DNA of 64,000 nt from Cycas panzhihuaensis. Taxonomy: Eukaryota; Plantae; Cycadophyta. A model generated the notes under the pieces. That model was given only the letters and a program-made list of their open reading frames with translations. It ran no database searches and was not told the DNA's origin. Made by a program: the position numbers and the translations under genes. The stretch spans positions 91,829,741-91,893,740 of the forward strand of contig CM041465.1 of NCBI GenBank assembly GCA_023213395.1, written 5' to 3'. Positions 1 to 13,442 of the stretch are shown here, piece by piece (position 1 is the first letter of the stretch; each line of letters begins with the position of its first letter).

Positions 1-99
1 CTATTCAAATCTCTCTCCAGTCTCGCACCTCCTAATGGTGGTCATCCAACCTCCTAGGATGTCCTTGTAGTTCTGTTTCTAGGAAATCCAAAATAGAAT

Positions 100-519
100 A
101 GCTAGAGTAATGAGTTTCCTCACATGGGAAACTCTAAATAAAACCATCGTTTGGATTCAGGCTCCCTGTTGATCCCATCTTGTAAAAAACCTAGCTACCT
201 CCCTATGGGCAACATCTATGTTGAGCAGTATACCCAGTGATGTTGGCATCTATCCCAATGGTACACCCATAATCCTCCCGATATCCCCGGGCATAATAAA
301 AATATCTCCCACCTATGGGAGGTGGAATACATGCCTCTGTCGATCCCAATGAGAGACGATGTCTACTAGGAGATGTTGATCGAATGCGTACTAAGGAGTC
401 TTGATGAGCTTTAGGAGCCTGCAGCGTCGTAGAGTTATCTGCTCCTACCGTGTCATCATCTCGATAAAATTCATCATTGTCATGCCTATATCCTTACGAT
501 TATCAACCGTGAGAACAAC
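100..519 (-). pseudogene. Plant mobile domain (PMD / aminotransferase-like) ORF remnant, antisense within the Tat-like element
   Basis: Manual minus-strand translation gives ...LRRCRLLKLIKTP*YAFDQHLLVDIVSHWDRQRHVFHLP*VGDIFIMPGDIGRIMGVP. This resembles the PMD signature D..LL.AL..RW...THTFHLP.GE.TIT..DV..I.GLP. In-frame stops are present, and a strong acceptor (TTTTTTGTCTGCAG) lies at 521-520. Confidence 0.6.
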
Positions 520-1780
520 CTGCAGACAAAAAACAATAGTCAGAGATCCTCAAATCCCCTCTACCATATGCCATGCCTCCCTTTGGATGGTTGGAGCTCC
601 ATCAAGCTAAGCAAACCCATACATCGGGGCCTCTTTTCTCTTTTTCTCCTATCCAACCTCTGCCCAATGTCAAACTCTATGGTACTGTAGATATTAATAT
701 AGACCCCACTAAGAAAATCCTATTTTCTTGGCGGCCCCGCTGTAAACTTCGTAGCACCGCAACATTTGTCGCGGGGCCATGGATACCCCCTAAAAGGGGG
801 AGGGAATTGACCTAAAAACTCAAAAAAAAAAATTATCTAAGTGGACCAAACTTAGCCTACTGGGACCAGGTCTGCCTAATGCCCTAGTCCTCCCCCTCCC
901 TGGGCCTCATTCAAGCTTCAAGGGGTACTAATCACCCTTATGGGGCTAAAAATAAACTTTAAAAATTGTAAAAAACCATTAAATGAAATTAAGGAAATGA
1001 GATAGCTAGGGGGCAATCCATTCACTAGATCATGCTTGATCGTTGCCATCTCGTCTCTACGATCATGATGGCTATCCTCGCTCCTTGATCCAATAGCCAG
1101 ATCTCTCATTGGGTGCTCCTAAATATTAGTGCAGCCTTGCTGCATAGAGGGAAGGACTCTAAATCTCTTGTGGGGCCCATGAAAATGAACCCCATTTTCA
1201 CCCTTCTCCCCTTTATATACGCAGGGTCCCCTAGGGGTACGATCTCTTTTCTTCTCCCTATGATAGCCCTCAAGATGTCTCATTATCCTCACTCACGTTG
1301 CCTTTAGGTTTTGACCCTTGTTTCGCTCCCATAGCCTCCATTTTGCTTCTTTTTTGATGACCCCTTTAGCTTCCTATGGGCTCCTTCCATCTCATTTTTC
1401 ATGTTGTTTTGAAACGTGCCCATGTTTATACTCCTTTGACTCATTTTGATATCCTGAATCCATTTTTTCCATTTGTTTGAGCCTTTGAGGCACCCAGGGG
1501 AAGCTCCTCGTCCCTTTCAGGCCCCCATAAGCCCTTTTGTAATCCCTAGGGGCCCCGAAAGGGCATAATCGCTATCATTTTCTCACCCTTTCACCAAGTA
1601 GGCCTCTCCTGAGCCTAGTAACCTACCTCCAGGGCTCTCCTATCCTCTCACGATCTACATTTATAGCTTTCTGAGTTGTTATAGCCCCATTGCTACCCCT
1701 TGCTTTTGCATGTTGACTTTACCGTCGCCATCTTTTCCGTCACTCAACTCAAACTCTATTCTTTTACCATGGTATTACTC

Positions 1781-2190
1781 ATCTTCACTAACAGAGGAAG
1801 TCGTGGTAATACTAGACCTTCCACAGCCACATGGATCCTCCATGATTCCTCTGGGTATGACTATATACGTTCTGAAATCTTTCTACCCAAGGCTACGAAT
1901 AATGAAGCTAAGTACACAATTGTTATTAAAACCCTTACTGATGTACTTTGCTTTCACCATGGCCCCATCATCCTCTATTACGACTCTCAAATCATTGTGT
2001 CACAACTAACCTAGGTTTACCAGGTACGTTGCCCACAATTGAGAGCCCTTACCTTGACCACTAGGTTCCTTTTGTCTTGCTTCTCTTCTGTAGATGTTCA
2101 GCACATTCCCTGAGACCTAAACATTGAGGCAGATGGCCTTGTTCGTCACATCCTTAAGCATCATCTCTCTCTCTTGGATGATCCCTCCTA
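1781..2190 (+). pseudogene. Additional (archaeal-type) RNase H domain of a Tat-like element, degenerate
   Basis: ORF 1700..2014 and its continuation read FTNRGSRGNTRPS...ATNNEAKY...YYDSQIIVSQL*...VQHIP*DLNIEADGL. This follows the RNase HI motif order (DG.SRGNPG, TNNEAEY, DSQL, H.PR..N..AD). Confidence 0.75.
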
Positions 2191-3289
2191 GATAGCCTAA
2201 TGGGTCTCCTGATCGCCTAGGCTTCAAGATCGTCCTTTCTTTTATTGCGATCTATTCGCACCTCCAAAAGTATGCCACTAATAAGGTTAAACTATGGTGA
2301 CCACCAAGTTTGTTTCTTCACTCTGTCCTTTGTACCATTTGTGGCACGAGGCCCTTGCACTTTAATTCTATACATGCATATATCTTTTGTTCACATATAT
2401 CCATTGATTATGCTCATGACCTTACACATCACTCATTCTGCATAGGCGCGATGGGGGCAACCCCCTCATCCCCTTATTCTTTCATACTAGATTATTAAGT
2501 GATGCATAGGCAGCCCCTATGCTGCCCCTTCTCCTTCTTTGTCCATGCAATCTGCCAGGATACCTGTCACTTCCCTTAAATGACGACACTCTTTGCATTA
2601 GTGGATGATACTAATCTTTTTGTGTTGACAGCATTTGCCATCGCCAGATGCTTCCAAGTGACAAGGCTCTCCTACCAAGGGGGCAGTGTTTCCCAGCTAC
2701 CGAGAATGGACATGGATGGCGCCTCTTAGGTATTCACAGGTATATATCTCTATCCTTGCTCCTCGTTTATTTCAAGATGTAATGAGATGTTTGGTGGTTG
2801 CATTTTGTGTGACATTGTTACAAGCATGCTTGAGATGCTTGGTTCACCTGCCCATTCTTGTGCCTATGACTATGATCCAGCTTATGACGACTCAAGACCA
2901 CATCCTATGACATCACATAGCCCCTCATGACACCTTCTCAACACTCTTAAGTACTCATGGACCCTTGTAGCCCACCTTTTGTTTAGTATTAGCATTATAC
3001 ATGATCCCTAGAACTTCATTTTAGGCCTGATCACCCCTATATATGTCACCCATCCCTCGTTGGGGCCTTTACTACCCTCTTTTACACATTTGGGAAGGTC
3101 TCACTGATTCCTAGAGGATCCCTAAAGGCTTTACCAGTCCAACATACTACTCTATTATGTCCTAGGACCCATCCTTTGGGGGTCCCCTAGGCCTCCTTTT
3201 TATATTTCTTTATGTTTTGTTCACATCGCGGTAATATTCGTAATACTGCAGCAAACTTCACAGTATCGCAAAATTTACCGTGGGGCAAT

Positions 3290-5943
3290 TGTCCATTAAC
3301 TTCTACAACTTGGTAATAGTAAGTTTCATATTTATTGTGAAGTTAACATATGGCAAGATGTTGTTTTTTGTCCAGAGTGAACCCTAATCGCTCAGGAAAC
3401 ATAATTTGGGCATAAAAACCTAATTTTGAGTCCATTCTACCTCTCTTGGCTCTCATGCGAAAGGAAAAATGCCTCCCACCTACACTTCTGGTCTCTCCTT
3501 ATATTCTTCTCTTCTCTAAGGGTGAAACCCTAAAATGTAGGTCTGTACCAACTCTTCTCTAGTAGATCTTCCTTCCATGGTGGTCACTGCAGTAGCTGCA
3601 ACAGGTTTTACAGGGTTTTAACTCTCATTCTTGCCTCTAAAAGAAGCCATTCTCCACCTAGCGAGAGGGATCCTCATCCTTTCTTTGGTGCATGAGGAAA
3701 TAGCCATTTTACTTTAGTTTTTGTGACTATATTAGGTTGATTTCTTATTGTTCTTCCCTTTGGCAAGTATACTTGGTATATATTTCCATTTATTACAAGT
3801 CTTACATACATCCTTATCTCTTTTTGGGTGTCCAAAGGAAGGCAAACCCTTCCTTTCTCCAGACATACGTCTCCATACCCCTTAGGTTCTTCTTGAGACA
3901 CATGTAGATGGATTGCAAGATTCTTTTGAGAGGGAGAAGAGGAGATCATAGCTAGGGTCCCAACCCTCATAGCCATATCCTCTAGGGCAGCCCCCTACCT
4001 CTCTTAGCTTTCCTACTCCATATCCATCCTGCACACCAAGAAACTCCTTAGGTGAGGGCCCCTATTGGTCATAGTGTTCACAGCACCTTGCAATGCCTAC
4101 AACTAGCTCTTATATACATCATTTGGTAGAAAGTTTTCTTGTATGTTTTGTCATTTCATGAGATCTCTATCCCCCTTGTATATCTTGCAAAAATTGCAAC
4201 ATTATGACTTTTGCAACATTTACACTTTTTGTAGCTTTTACAACTTTTTGATCCTTGTAAGTTGCATCATTTTTTTATTTGCTTAGAATTATAAACTCTC
4301 TTCTAACTTGTTCCCTGGAGTACTCGGGCATGTAGGAGGTAGCTTGTTTAAGAGAGCTAGCTATTTTGAGGCTCTCCTTTCTCTCACCTTCAAAACCCCC
4401 TTTTTCTCCCAAATATTACTTAGAAACATTTAAGTATATTGTGGGAAGATTAAAAAGTATATTGTTTCTTTACGTTTGAAACATTGAGCAAGTTCATATT
4501 TCATTTTGATGAGCATATGTACACACGCATATATTCGTATACACATGCACATGTATGTTATTGCTTGTTAAAAGGGGTTTGTCCACAAGGGAACTCTACC
4601 TACCTTGAGCAAGCAAGATCGTGTTGAAAGGTACGTATATCTCATTTACATTTATTTTCCTTTGAAGCTTTCCTTTAGAGTTCTTTGTTCTTTTGTAATA
4701 CATTATAGGGAAGGTAAGGAAGTCCCACCTACGGTTTCGTCCACAATGGCAATCATAGCTTGGAGCGTAGGGTGATTGGCAAAAGGAAGGCAATGAAGAG
4801 AAAGGGAAGCACTCCATCAACTGACTTGTTTCCAGGTGCACCTCTTCCAACCTTCCCCTTCCTTCATATTCTTTCCTTACCCCCTTTTCTCCCAAAAAGG
4901 AAATTGGTTGCATTTACGCATCACTTACAATCATTTGTTTTGATACCTACATTCATACAATGGAAAGTATAAAGGAATATCACTCATTTTTGCTCTTTTA
5001 ATCTTTGCATTAATGTGTATTGATCTTGTTTCCCCCTTTCCTCTGGCACAAGCATGAAAAAGGATAACTTAGATTAGTGCATCTCTCATTTTTCTTTCGA
5101 AAGTAAAGTGATAGAAAGGGTTTTCTTTTCTTTGTCACACCCTCCTCTCACACTCACTTTGCATACACAAGAGTAGGAACAAGAAAGGGAACTTGGACTT
5201 TTGATAGTCATCCTTCTTCCATACATCATTAAGAAAAGTTATATGAGTCATTTATACTCTTCTTCTTCTTTGCACTTCCCTTTCTCCCTTCATCTAATTC
5301 TTTTGTTGATAAAGATAAAAGAAAGAGAGGATAAAGAGAGAGAGAAGGAGAGTATCTTTTGAGTTACATTTACTTTACATTGATACTTTACATATTTACA
5401 CTATCTTTAAACAAGAACTAAGACACTATCCAAACCCTCAGTATACTTAGTTCACTTGTTTTGTTTAGTCTAAACCCTAGAGGCTTTCCTTTAGGTGATC
5501 TTTAACAAGATGCTCCACTAGTCTTGTCTCTTTTTTATTTGGTTTCCGCATACTAAATCCTTTTCACATCTTTCAACTAATTGTTTCCCTCTTTTATTCT
5601 ATAGGCCCCTACCCTATTAGGGCTTGACTCTTCTTTTCCTCTTCTTCCAGGAAAGGAGCTTCAATCCTCCCTCTCCTTCCTTCACTCGTTAGGATACGAG
5701 AGTCCTTCCTTAGGCTACTTGGAAAACTAAGGATGCCCTTGCCTAACCCAAATCTGAGAAGGTACCTACCGAAAGGGAAAGTCTTTTGTGCTATTTACGG
5801 GTCTCTGAACCTGCATTCCAATGCACAGATGCCCTTTATGGGTGACCTATCCCCTTGCCCTCAAGGATCTTTAAGCCCCTGGTATAGTGATAGTGTAGGC
5901 TTAATATCCTTATCCTTAGTGACCCCCCAGAGGTGTGCTTCCA
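3290..5943 (+). repeat. Putative 3' LTR (~2.65 kb) of the Tat-like element
   Basis: Begins with TGT right after the PPT-like TGGGGCAAT and ends in CA at the junction with Copia RT. No coding capacity seen. No partner LTR in the window. Confidence 0.5.
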
Positions 5944-7260
5944 CTAATTATAGGCTTATATGCAGATGACCTAGCATATACTGAGAATTGTGATTACTTA
6001 TCCCAAAAGTTTAAGAAAGATATGTGTAAAGAATTTGAGATGACAGACTTGAGACTTATACATTATTTCTTAGGCATTGAAGTATTGCAGGATGAAAAGG
6101 GGATATTTGTTTCCCAAAAGAAATACATATTAGATATGTTACATAAGTTCAACATGAGTAGTTACGAACTACTTGCAATACCAACTGAGGTTGGGTTTAA
6201 ATTGTCTATATTTGAAAAATCTAAATCAATTGATCTTACACTTTATAGCAAGTTGATTGGGAGCCTAACTTACTTAACTTCAAATCGACTAGATATTATG
6301 TATGCTATCAGTATGGTTTCCAGGTTTATTCATGAGCTTAAAGTAAAACATTAGCAAGTAGCCAAAAGAATTCTCAGGTATCTCAAAGGTACTATTGGGT
6401 ATGGTTTACATTACAGATCATTAAAGGATTATAGGTTGATTAGTTATATAGACTCATATTGGACAAGTTGTATAGATGACAAGAAATCTACTTTAGAGTA
6501 TGCTTTCAGTTTAGTTTTAACATTAGTAGCATGGAGTTTAAAGAAGCAGGTAACAATATCTCTTTGTACTACAGAAATAGAGTATAAAGCAACTATAACA
6601 AAAGCTTGTAAAATAGTTTAGCTTAAAAGATTGCTCCAAGATTTACAAAAAGAGTAAGTTGGCCCCATACAGTTGCTTTGTTATAATTAAAGCATAATTC
6701 AGATGATTAGGAATCTACTGTTTCGTGGTAAGATAAAGCACATTGAAACATAACACCACTTCATTAGAGAATTGGTACAACAAGGTGAATTGGAATTAGC
6801 ATATTACAACATTAAAGATCAGCTGGTAGACATTTTTACAAAGGCACTTAGTAAAATAAAATTTATCAACTTCAGAGATAAACTATGAGTCTCCCTAAAT
6901 GGGCATTATAAGGGAGAAATGTTAGAATAATGCCCATATCGGAGTAAGTACCTACCTTAGGAAAATTACCTGCACCGGTATAATAACCCAAATTAGTGGA
7001 GATATTGTGGTTGCACTATATTAGCCACTTGTCAGTGCCAGTCAGTAGTAGACCTTAAGAGTTGTGCCCAAATCCTCTCGATCTCACTTATTTATTCAGG
7101 GGGTCTGAAGACCCTAATGTTCATCAACACCACCATCCTCACGGATTAATGATTGTGCCCTTTCTTGCTTTCATTTCATTTATATTTCTACTCTCCTTGT
7201 CATTTGATTCCATTACAAATAGGAAAAGTAATTTTTCTATAAAATAGGCTTATAATTATT
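5944..7260 (+). mobile_element. Ty1/Copia 3' fragment (RT C-terminus, RNase H, PPT, start of 3' LTR)
   Basis: LYADD, FEMTDL, YFLGIEV, YIDSYW, KHIE and DQLVDIFTK motifs with stops. PPT AAGGGAGAAA is followed by the LTR start TGTTAG at 6920. The right boundary is approximate. Confidence 0.9.
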
Positions 7261-7980
7261 TTATTAAAGAAGAAGGAAGTTCAAGTTCAAAGAGGTTATG
7301 GAAGAGGATCTACAATCTAAACCTATGGCCCAAAATATTCACATTTTTATGGTTGGTCTCTTACAATAGTATTTTAACTTTAAAAATCTCAAAAAAAGAG
7401 GAATGATAGGTCATTTAATATATGTAATTTATACTAGTTCAGATAAAGATATTAATCATCTCTTTTTGCAGTGCAAAGTTAGTAATCAATGTTGAGACCA
7501 TATGAAACTCAACTTCAAATATCTTATTAAGAGAGGAAACAAGGTACAAGGATTCTTAAAAGGATGGAGTAAATTTAAGGAAGGCCAAAGATCCTTAAGA
7601 GGGGATAGGATCTTGCCCATGGATTCTTAATGTGGAATCTTTGAAAGGAACAGAATGAAAGATTCTTCAAGAATTTAGCTTTGCCAATAATTTAGGTTAT
7701 TCGAAGGAGCAATAGAAATATAATTGAAACTCTTGGAACCAAATTTTAGGATAAAGAAGACCTCTCTTAGTCAATGAAGGAAGAATTCCAACTGAAGTTG
7801 CTAGGAGTGGGAAAAAATAACTTTAAAATTGATTGAAATCTATAAAATCAATAGGAGAGTAGTCAAAATCGCTTGGAGCCTCTTAAAGAATTTATGTTCA
7901 AAGCTAACTTCGATGGAGCCTCCACGATTAACCCAAGTAGGGAAGCATAGGAGGTATAATCAGAGACCATGATGGGAAAG

Positions 7981-10900
7981 TGGATCGTTCCTTCTCATAA
8001 ATAGGGGCTCGTAGAAGTGATAATTAGCAAAAAATGAAGCCAAATAACACGAATGTGCAAGCAAATCACAGAAAATGAATCACCAAAATGAGTACTGAAG
8101 TACTTTCTCCTTTCAAGATATCATACTCAATAACATTACGAGTGGTTTAACCTTTTAAATACACAAGTAAGGGTCTTTATCCTTAATGATTCTATTGGTG
8201 GCCCTAGCGGCCTTACATCTTATTGGACGGCTTAGCGGTCCATACACATAACTTACTAAACCCCTTAATCCTTACTTGTTGGTGGTTCCCTCTTGCTAAG
8301 GAAATGTGGGGTTATGTTACAGGTCCCCCAATCTGAGACGCTGAGTCCCCACAGCGTTGGAGATGAGGATGTTTCTGGATGAACTCATCTGGCTCCCAAG
8401 TAGCTTCATCAGCATCACAGCCGACCCATTGTACCAAGTGTTCAGAAATAGTGCGATTCCGGAGGCGGCACTGGTGACTGGCAAGGATTTTATCAGGAGG
8501 AATTGTAAGAGTTTATTCTTCAGAGAGAATGGGTAGGGTTGTGTAGGGTGTGACTTTAGCTCCAAGGTATTCTTTTAGGCAAGACGCATGGAAGATATTA
8601 TGGATATAAGTGTTTGGGGGGAGTTCAAGAAATACTCGTAGTTGGGTAAGAATGGTAGGTGTTGGCCACGTTGTGATGACCGATATTTTGTCGGGGTCTA
8701 CACGTACCCCTTCTGATGATATGATATGACCCAAATATTTGAGTTCTGATTATCCGAACTCACACTTAGATAGTTTTGCATAGAGTTAGTGGTTCTGCAA
8801 TATTTGAAGAACAATTTCTAAGTGTTGGATATAGAGATCCAGGCAAGCATTATAAATAAGAATGTCATCGAAGAAAACTATGACAAACTTTCGAAGGTAG
8901 GGCCCAAAGATTTTATTCATGAGAGCTTAGAAGGTTGTTGGGGCATTGTAAAGGCCAAAGGGCATTGCTTGAAACTCAAAATGGCCATGATGTGTGCGAA
9001 ATGCTGTCTTATGACAATCTTGTGGGGTAATTGGGATTTGGTAGTAACCAGATTGGAGGTCTAACTTAGAAAAGATGGTTGTGCCATGGATGTCATCTAA
9101 CATGTCATCTATGTGAGGGGTGGGAAACTTATTTTTAATGGTAATCCTATTTAATTCCCTATAGTCAACACAGAGGCGAAAGGAACTATCCTTCTTCCGA
9201 ACTAAGACAATTAGGGCTGCATAAGGGCTTTTACTAGGTTGGATTATGCCCATGTCGAGGAGCTCATTTGTGAGTTTCTCGATTTCATTCTTTTGGAAGT
9301 ATGAGTTACGGTAAGGTCGAAGGCTGATGGGGTCATGGTTAGATTGGAGGTCAATTGTATGATAGAAACCACGGTCGGGAGGGGTGGTGGCAGGCAAAGG
9401 GGCGAATACTTGTTCATATTGGGTAATGACATCCTGGATATAGGGATGAATTTGTGGTTCGATTTAAATATTATTGAGGTGGACTATATACCCTAGGTGA
9501 GATTGAAGATGGTGTTTCATACGTCTAGGAGAGACCACTTGGTTAGGGGGGGATTGCATTCTGTAAATTTTGTGGTTTCGCCCCATATGGTCTTTGAAGA
9601 CAATGAATGGATTTATAAGCGAGTTGTTCGTGCTATAGGTCCCTAGTGTTTACAGCCATTGAATCCCTAAGATGGCATCAGATCCTCCTATTGATAATGC
9701 ATAGAAGTCTGACACTAAAAGGTATGAGCCAATTTGGACTTGGAGGTTTTTAATAACACCTACACAATGGAGTTTCTGGTACCCTAGTAGAGAACATGTG
9801 AAGCCAGTTTTTGGGACAATATATAGGTTAAGTTGTCTAGCAATCGAAATATCAATGAAGTTAAATGACGTGCCACTGTCGATCAAGATAGATATTGGAG
9901 TCTTGCAGAGAATGCCTCTAACTCTTAGGGGTTTAGGGCAGGAGGAGGTGGTAACAACAGATATAGATACTTCAGGTTGGGGGTCTGGTGCAGGATCATC
10001 ATGGGTTTCATCATCAGCCTCTTGGTCAGAGTCAGAATCAGAGGGATCGTCAGGGGAGAGGGATGGGTCAATTGAGAAAACCATACGCCGCGCTTTGCAA
10101 AAACGACCGTGCCTGGAAGTCTATTTTTCTACACACTGCATACAAAGGCTGATCTCGAGTCGACGTTATGCTTCATCTTAAGAAATCTGGACTCTTTTGG
10201 TAGATGTATCCTCACTCTAGTGATCAATAGATGGTTGAGAATCATCCTATCGTGGTCAAGGACGTGTAAAGTCAACTTGAGGATGAGAGGCATCGTCAAA
10301 TCGAGGTCAAGGTCACTAGAAATCTGCTTGTCGAGTGCATGAGAACTAAGAGCTATCACGTCGAATGGCTAAGGATCTGTCTGCCGCAAACTCAGCTTCT
10401 ATTGTGTGGGCCCACTTGAAAGCTTCCTTAAGGGAGTAAATTGCCATTGTCTTTAATCTCATCTGAATACGGTCTTGAAGTCCTGCCACATAAATATCAA
10501 TCACTGTTTGTTTGTCCAAGTTTTGGCTTTGTGGCGTGCAGTTATATAAAGCTTGAAATTCATCCATGTAAGCTTCTACAGTCAATGTCTGCTTAAGCCG
10601 GATGAGTTGTGTGAAAAAAGATTGACTCCATGTATCTTCATATTTCTCGAAGAAATAACTAGTGAAGTGAGACCAAGTTTGGTGAGAGGGATATTCCCAC
10701 TTCCATCAGTTAAACCAATGGTGAGCTCGACCATCTAAGTGAATGGAAGCGTATAAGAGTTGGTCCTCTTCTGACATCGGATGGAGAGTGAAGTAGGATT
10801 CTAACTTATTAATCCAGCTTCGAGTGCACTCTCTATTCACGTCTGGATCAAAGGTAGGAATGTTGATCTTATGGTGGAAAAACGGCTGTCTTGGTGAAGA

Positions 10901-11573
10901 ACCTCTTGTATATGCATTGCTTCCTAGAGAAGGGGGAGGTTGGTTGCCCGTTAAGGTAGAAGCTCATGTGCTTTGGGGTTGGGTTGACACCCACTGTTGA
11001 AGCATTTTAATAATCTCTTTCTTGGTGTTGTCCAAGTCAGATTTGGTAGGAATGCTACTAAGTTTATCGCTGACCTCTATTTTGAAGTTAGACAAATCAT
11101 TGGTTAACTCAGAAATTTTTTCTGTTTGATTTTTTGCCATTGGAGTTGAAGAAAGGGATTAAAGAAGCGGGAGTAAGTAGAAAGAAGAGAAAGAACAAAG
11201 TGGGATAGATTCAAGAAAGAACGGGATATAAGAATAAGGAGTTGCTATATGGGAAAGAAAGGGCAAATAAGGGAATGTGGGGTGTCTATAGCCTGTTGAC
11301 CCCAAAATTACATAAGCAAGATATTTAGTCCACTAGAAAGAGCAAAAAAAACTTATCGAAATGGGATGTATGAGTTTTAAGATGAATTTGGAGTGGTGGG
11401 GCCCACTAGTGGCCTAGGTACAAAAAGAGTGAAAATTTGGGTATAGACTAACCTAGTGCAAAATGACCCTTACGAGATGCTAATCGAATTGAGGTATATG
11501 AGTTATAAGGGTTTTTTTTTGCACTGTGAGTAAGAGCTAAGTGGGTTTTTTCTTTTTCTTTTTTTTTTCTTTA

Positions 11574-11611
<38 letters not shown>

Positions 11612-12730
11612 CCTTCTTGGCTCTCTCTTTTTCCTTTTTTTTTTTTTTTTTTTTTCAGAGGCTTGACTATTTTGACAAGTTTTGAATTCAAGCAGTCAGT
11701 GGCTTGTGATTAAGATTAGGGCAGGGGAAGCAGCGAATGATCAGATGTATCCTACCCCCTGCAGAATGAGGTGTGCTTGGTCTTATAGGCCTGCCAATAA
11801 ACTTCTAATACAGAAGTTCGGGGCAGGTAACTTCGTGGCGCTAACCCCTAACCATTGCACTGCAAGACTTCAGCGGCCGATAGGTTACCTGCACTAAGAA
11901 GGGTTTTGGAATCCTAAAGGGGTCCTCCTATATACTTGGAGGTACATGGAGACACACTTCCGTAGCCAGGTTCTGTCTAGGGCTTGGTTCAAGAGTGTTA
12001 TCTCTAGTCCTTCACGCAAGGGCCAGCAAAGCCACGATGCGCTTAGCTAGAATGACAGATCCCTGTGATCTTTAAAGACCCCCGGTACAGGGTCTCTACC
12101 TAACTACTTGGGTAGCCGCCCAGCGGTGTTATCTACCCTTGGAATATAACCCAATGCAGAAAAAGAAAGCTTAAAAATTGAATTGAATGTAGAAGAAATA
12201 AATTGCTTGCGGTACCTGAAGGTCGAAATTTCCCTTCGCTTCGCGACCTCTAATATGTCCTGCTACCATTCCTCAATCTTCTTGGAGAGAGTACTGAGTG
12301 AAGGTCTTTCCTCAATCTCTGCCTAGGGAGAGAGAGTACTCAATCATACAGGGAAAAAACAAAAATTGCTATTTCGAGCAGCTTCCCACGATTGCGAACG
12401 CAGGTATGATACCACTTGGACCGTTCCTTCTCAGAAATAGGGGCTCGTAGAAGTGATAATTAGTAGAAAATAAAGCCAAATAACACGAATGTGCAAGCAA
12501 ATTACCAAAATGAGTACCGAAGTACTTTCTCCTTTTAAGATATCATACTCAATAACATTATGAGTGGTTTAACCCTTTAAATACACAAGTAAGGGTCTTC
12601 ATTCTTAATTATTCTATTGGTGGCCCTAGTGGCTTTACATCTTATTGGACGGCTTAGTAACTTACTAAACCCCTTAATCCTTACTTGTTGGTGGTTCCCT
12701 CTTGCTAAGGAAAGGTGGGGTTATGTTACA
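7981..12730 (-). mobile_element. Ty3/Gypsy chromovirus (Reina-like) with both LTRs and a deletion of RNase H and most of integrase
   Basis: LTRs at 7981-8321 and 12417-12730 (TGTAAC...CCA on minus). TSD GAAAG at 7976-7980 and 12731-12735. iMet-type PBS TGGTATCATACC at 12414-12403 and PPT at ~8322-8334. Gag ~11140-10090, protease ILIDSGT (9650-10084), RT (RLCVDYRELN, SKLDLQSGYYQI, MPFGL), chromodomain LVQWVG...EATWE at ~8440-8390. Confidence 0.95.
11510..11656. repeat. Poly-T / (TA)n microsatellite in the chromovirus leader
   Basis: Directly visible low-complexity tract. Confidence 0.9.
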
Positions 12731-13442
12731 GAAAGCTAGGCACATTTTGTCTCAAAACATTAGGGAGACCACAAACAATATTGTTAAAGTTATGATAGCA
12801 CTGGCTATTCTTAAGGAAACAAAGAACTATGGAGTGGAGAGTCTACTTGGAAGGCAACTCTAAGATTATCATTAATATGCTTCGAGCACTAGGGAATAAA
12901 GCTAAGAACAAATGTTGGAGGATCACCTCAATCCTAGAGGAAACAATTATCCTAGGTAGATAGTCTAAGAAATTAAACTTCAATCATGTTAAAAGAAAAG
13001 TGAATTAGATAGTTGATCTTTTGGTAAATATACGAACATAAAGCTAATGGGGAGAAAAAACATAAACTCAACCTTCAAAGAGATCACCAACTTGGAGATT
13101 AAAAGAACCATTATCGAAATTCTAAACAATGATAGTTGAATAATAGAAGAATGGATGTAGAAGCTTTATATCATTAGGGGAAGTAGGATTAGGATTTTCT
13201 ATACAGTTTTTTGAATCATTGATGTACTCTTTGTTTCTCTATTAATTTGTAGCTTAAGCTTTACTCGTAGGATGGAATGAGAAGAAAAAACATTCTTAAA
13301 GAAAATGTAAGGGATAAAAAGGAAAAAGAAAATATAACAGAGAAAAGGGAGAAAAGAAAAAAACATGTCATCAATGTAGTCTTAATGATTTAGCATATGT
13401 TGTCCTATCCTCCTTTTGAAGGAGTCTTTTTTCTTATGACTT

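Larger units (their letters stand above)
1..5943 (+). mobile_element. 3' part of a Tat-like (non-chromovirus) Ty3/Gypsy LTR retrotransposon, inserted into a Copia RT
   Basis: RNase HI-type domain at ~1781-2190. GGGGCAAT PPT-like tract followed by TG at 3290. A long non-coding LTR-like stretch ends in ...GCTTCCA at 5943, directly followed by Copia RT codons (LIIGLYADD). The 5' end lies outside the window, so the LTR pair and TSD cannot be checked. Confidence 0.6.

Noticed and set aside
11503-11691. Lys-rich 62-aa ORF
   Set aside because: Translation of a microsatellite.
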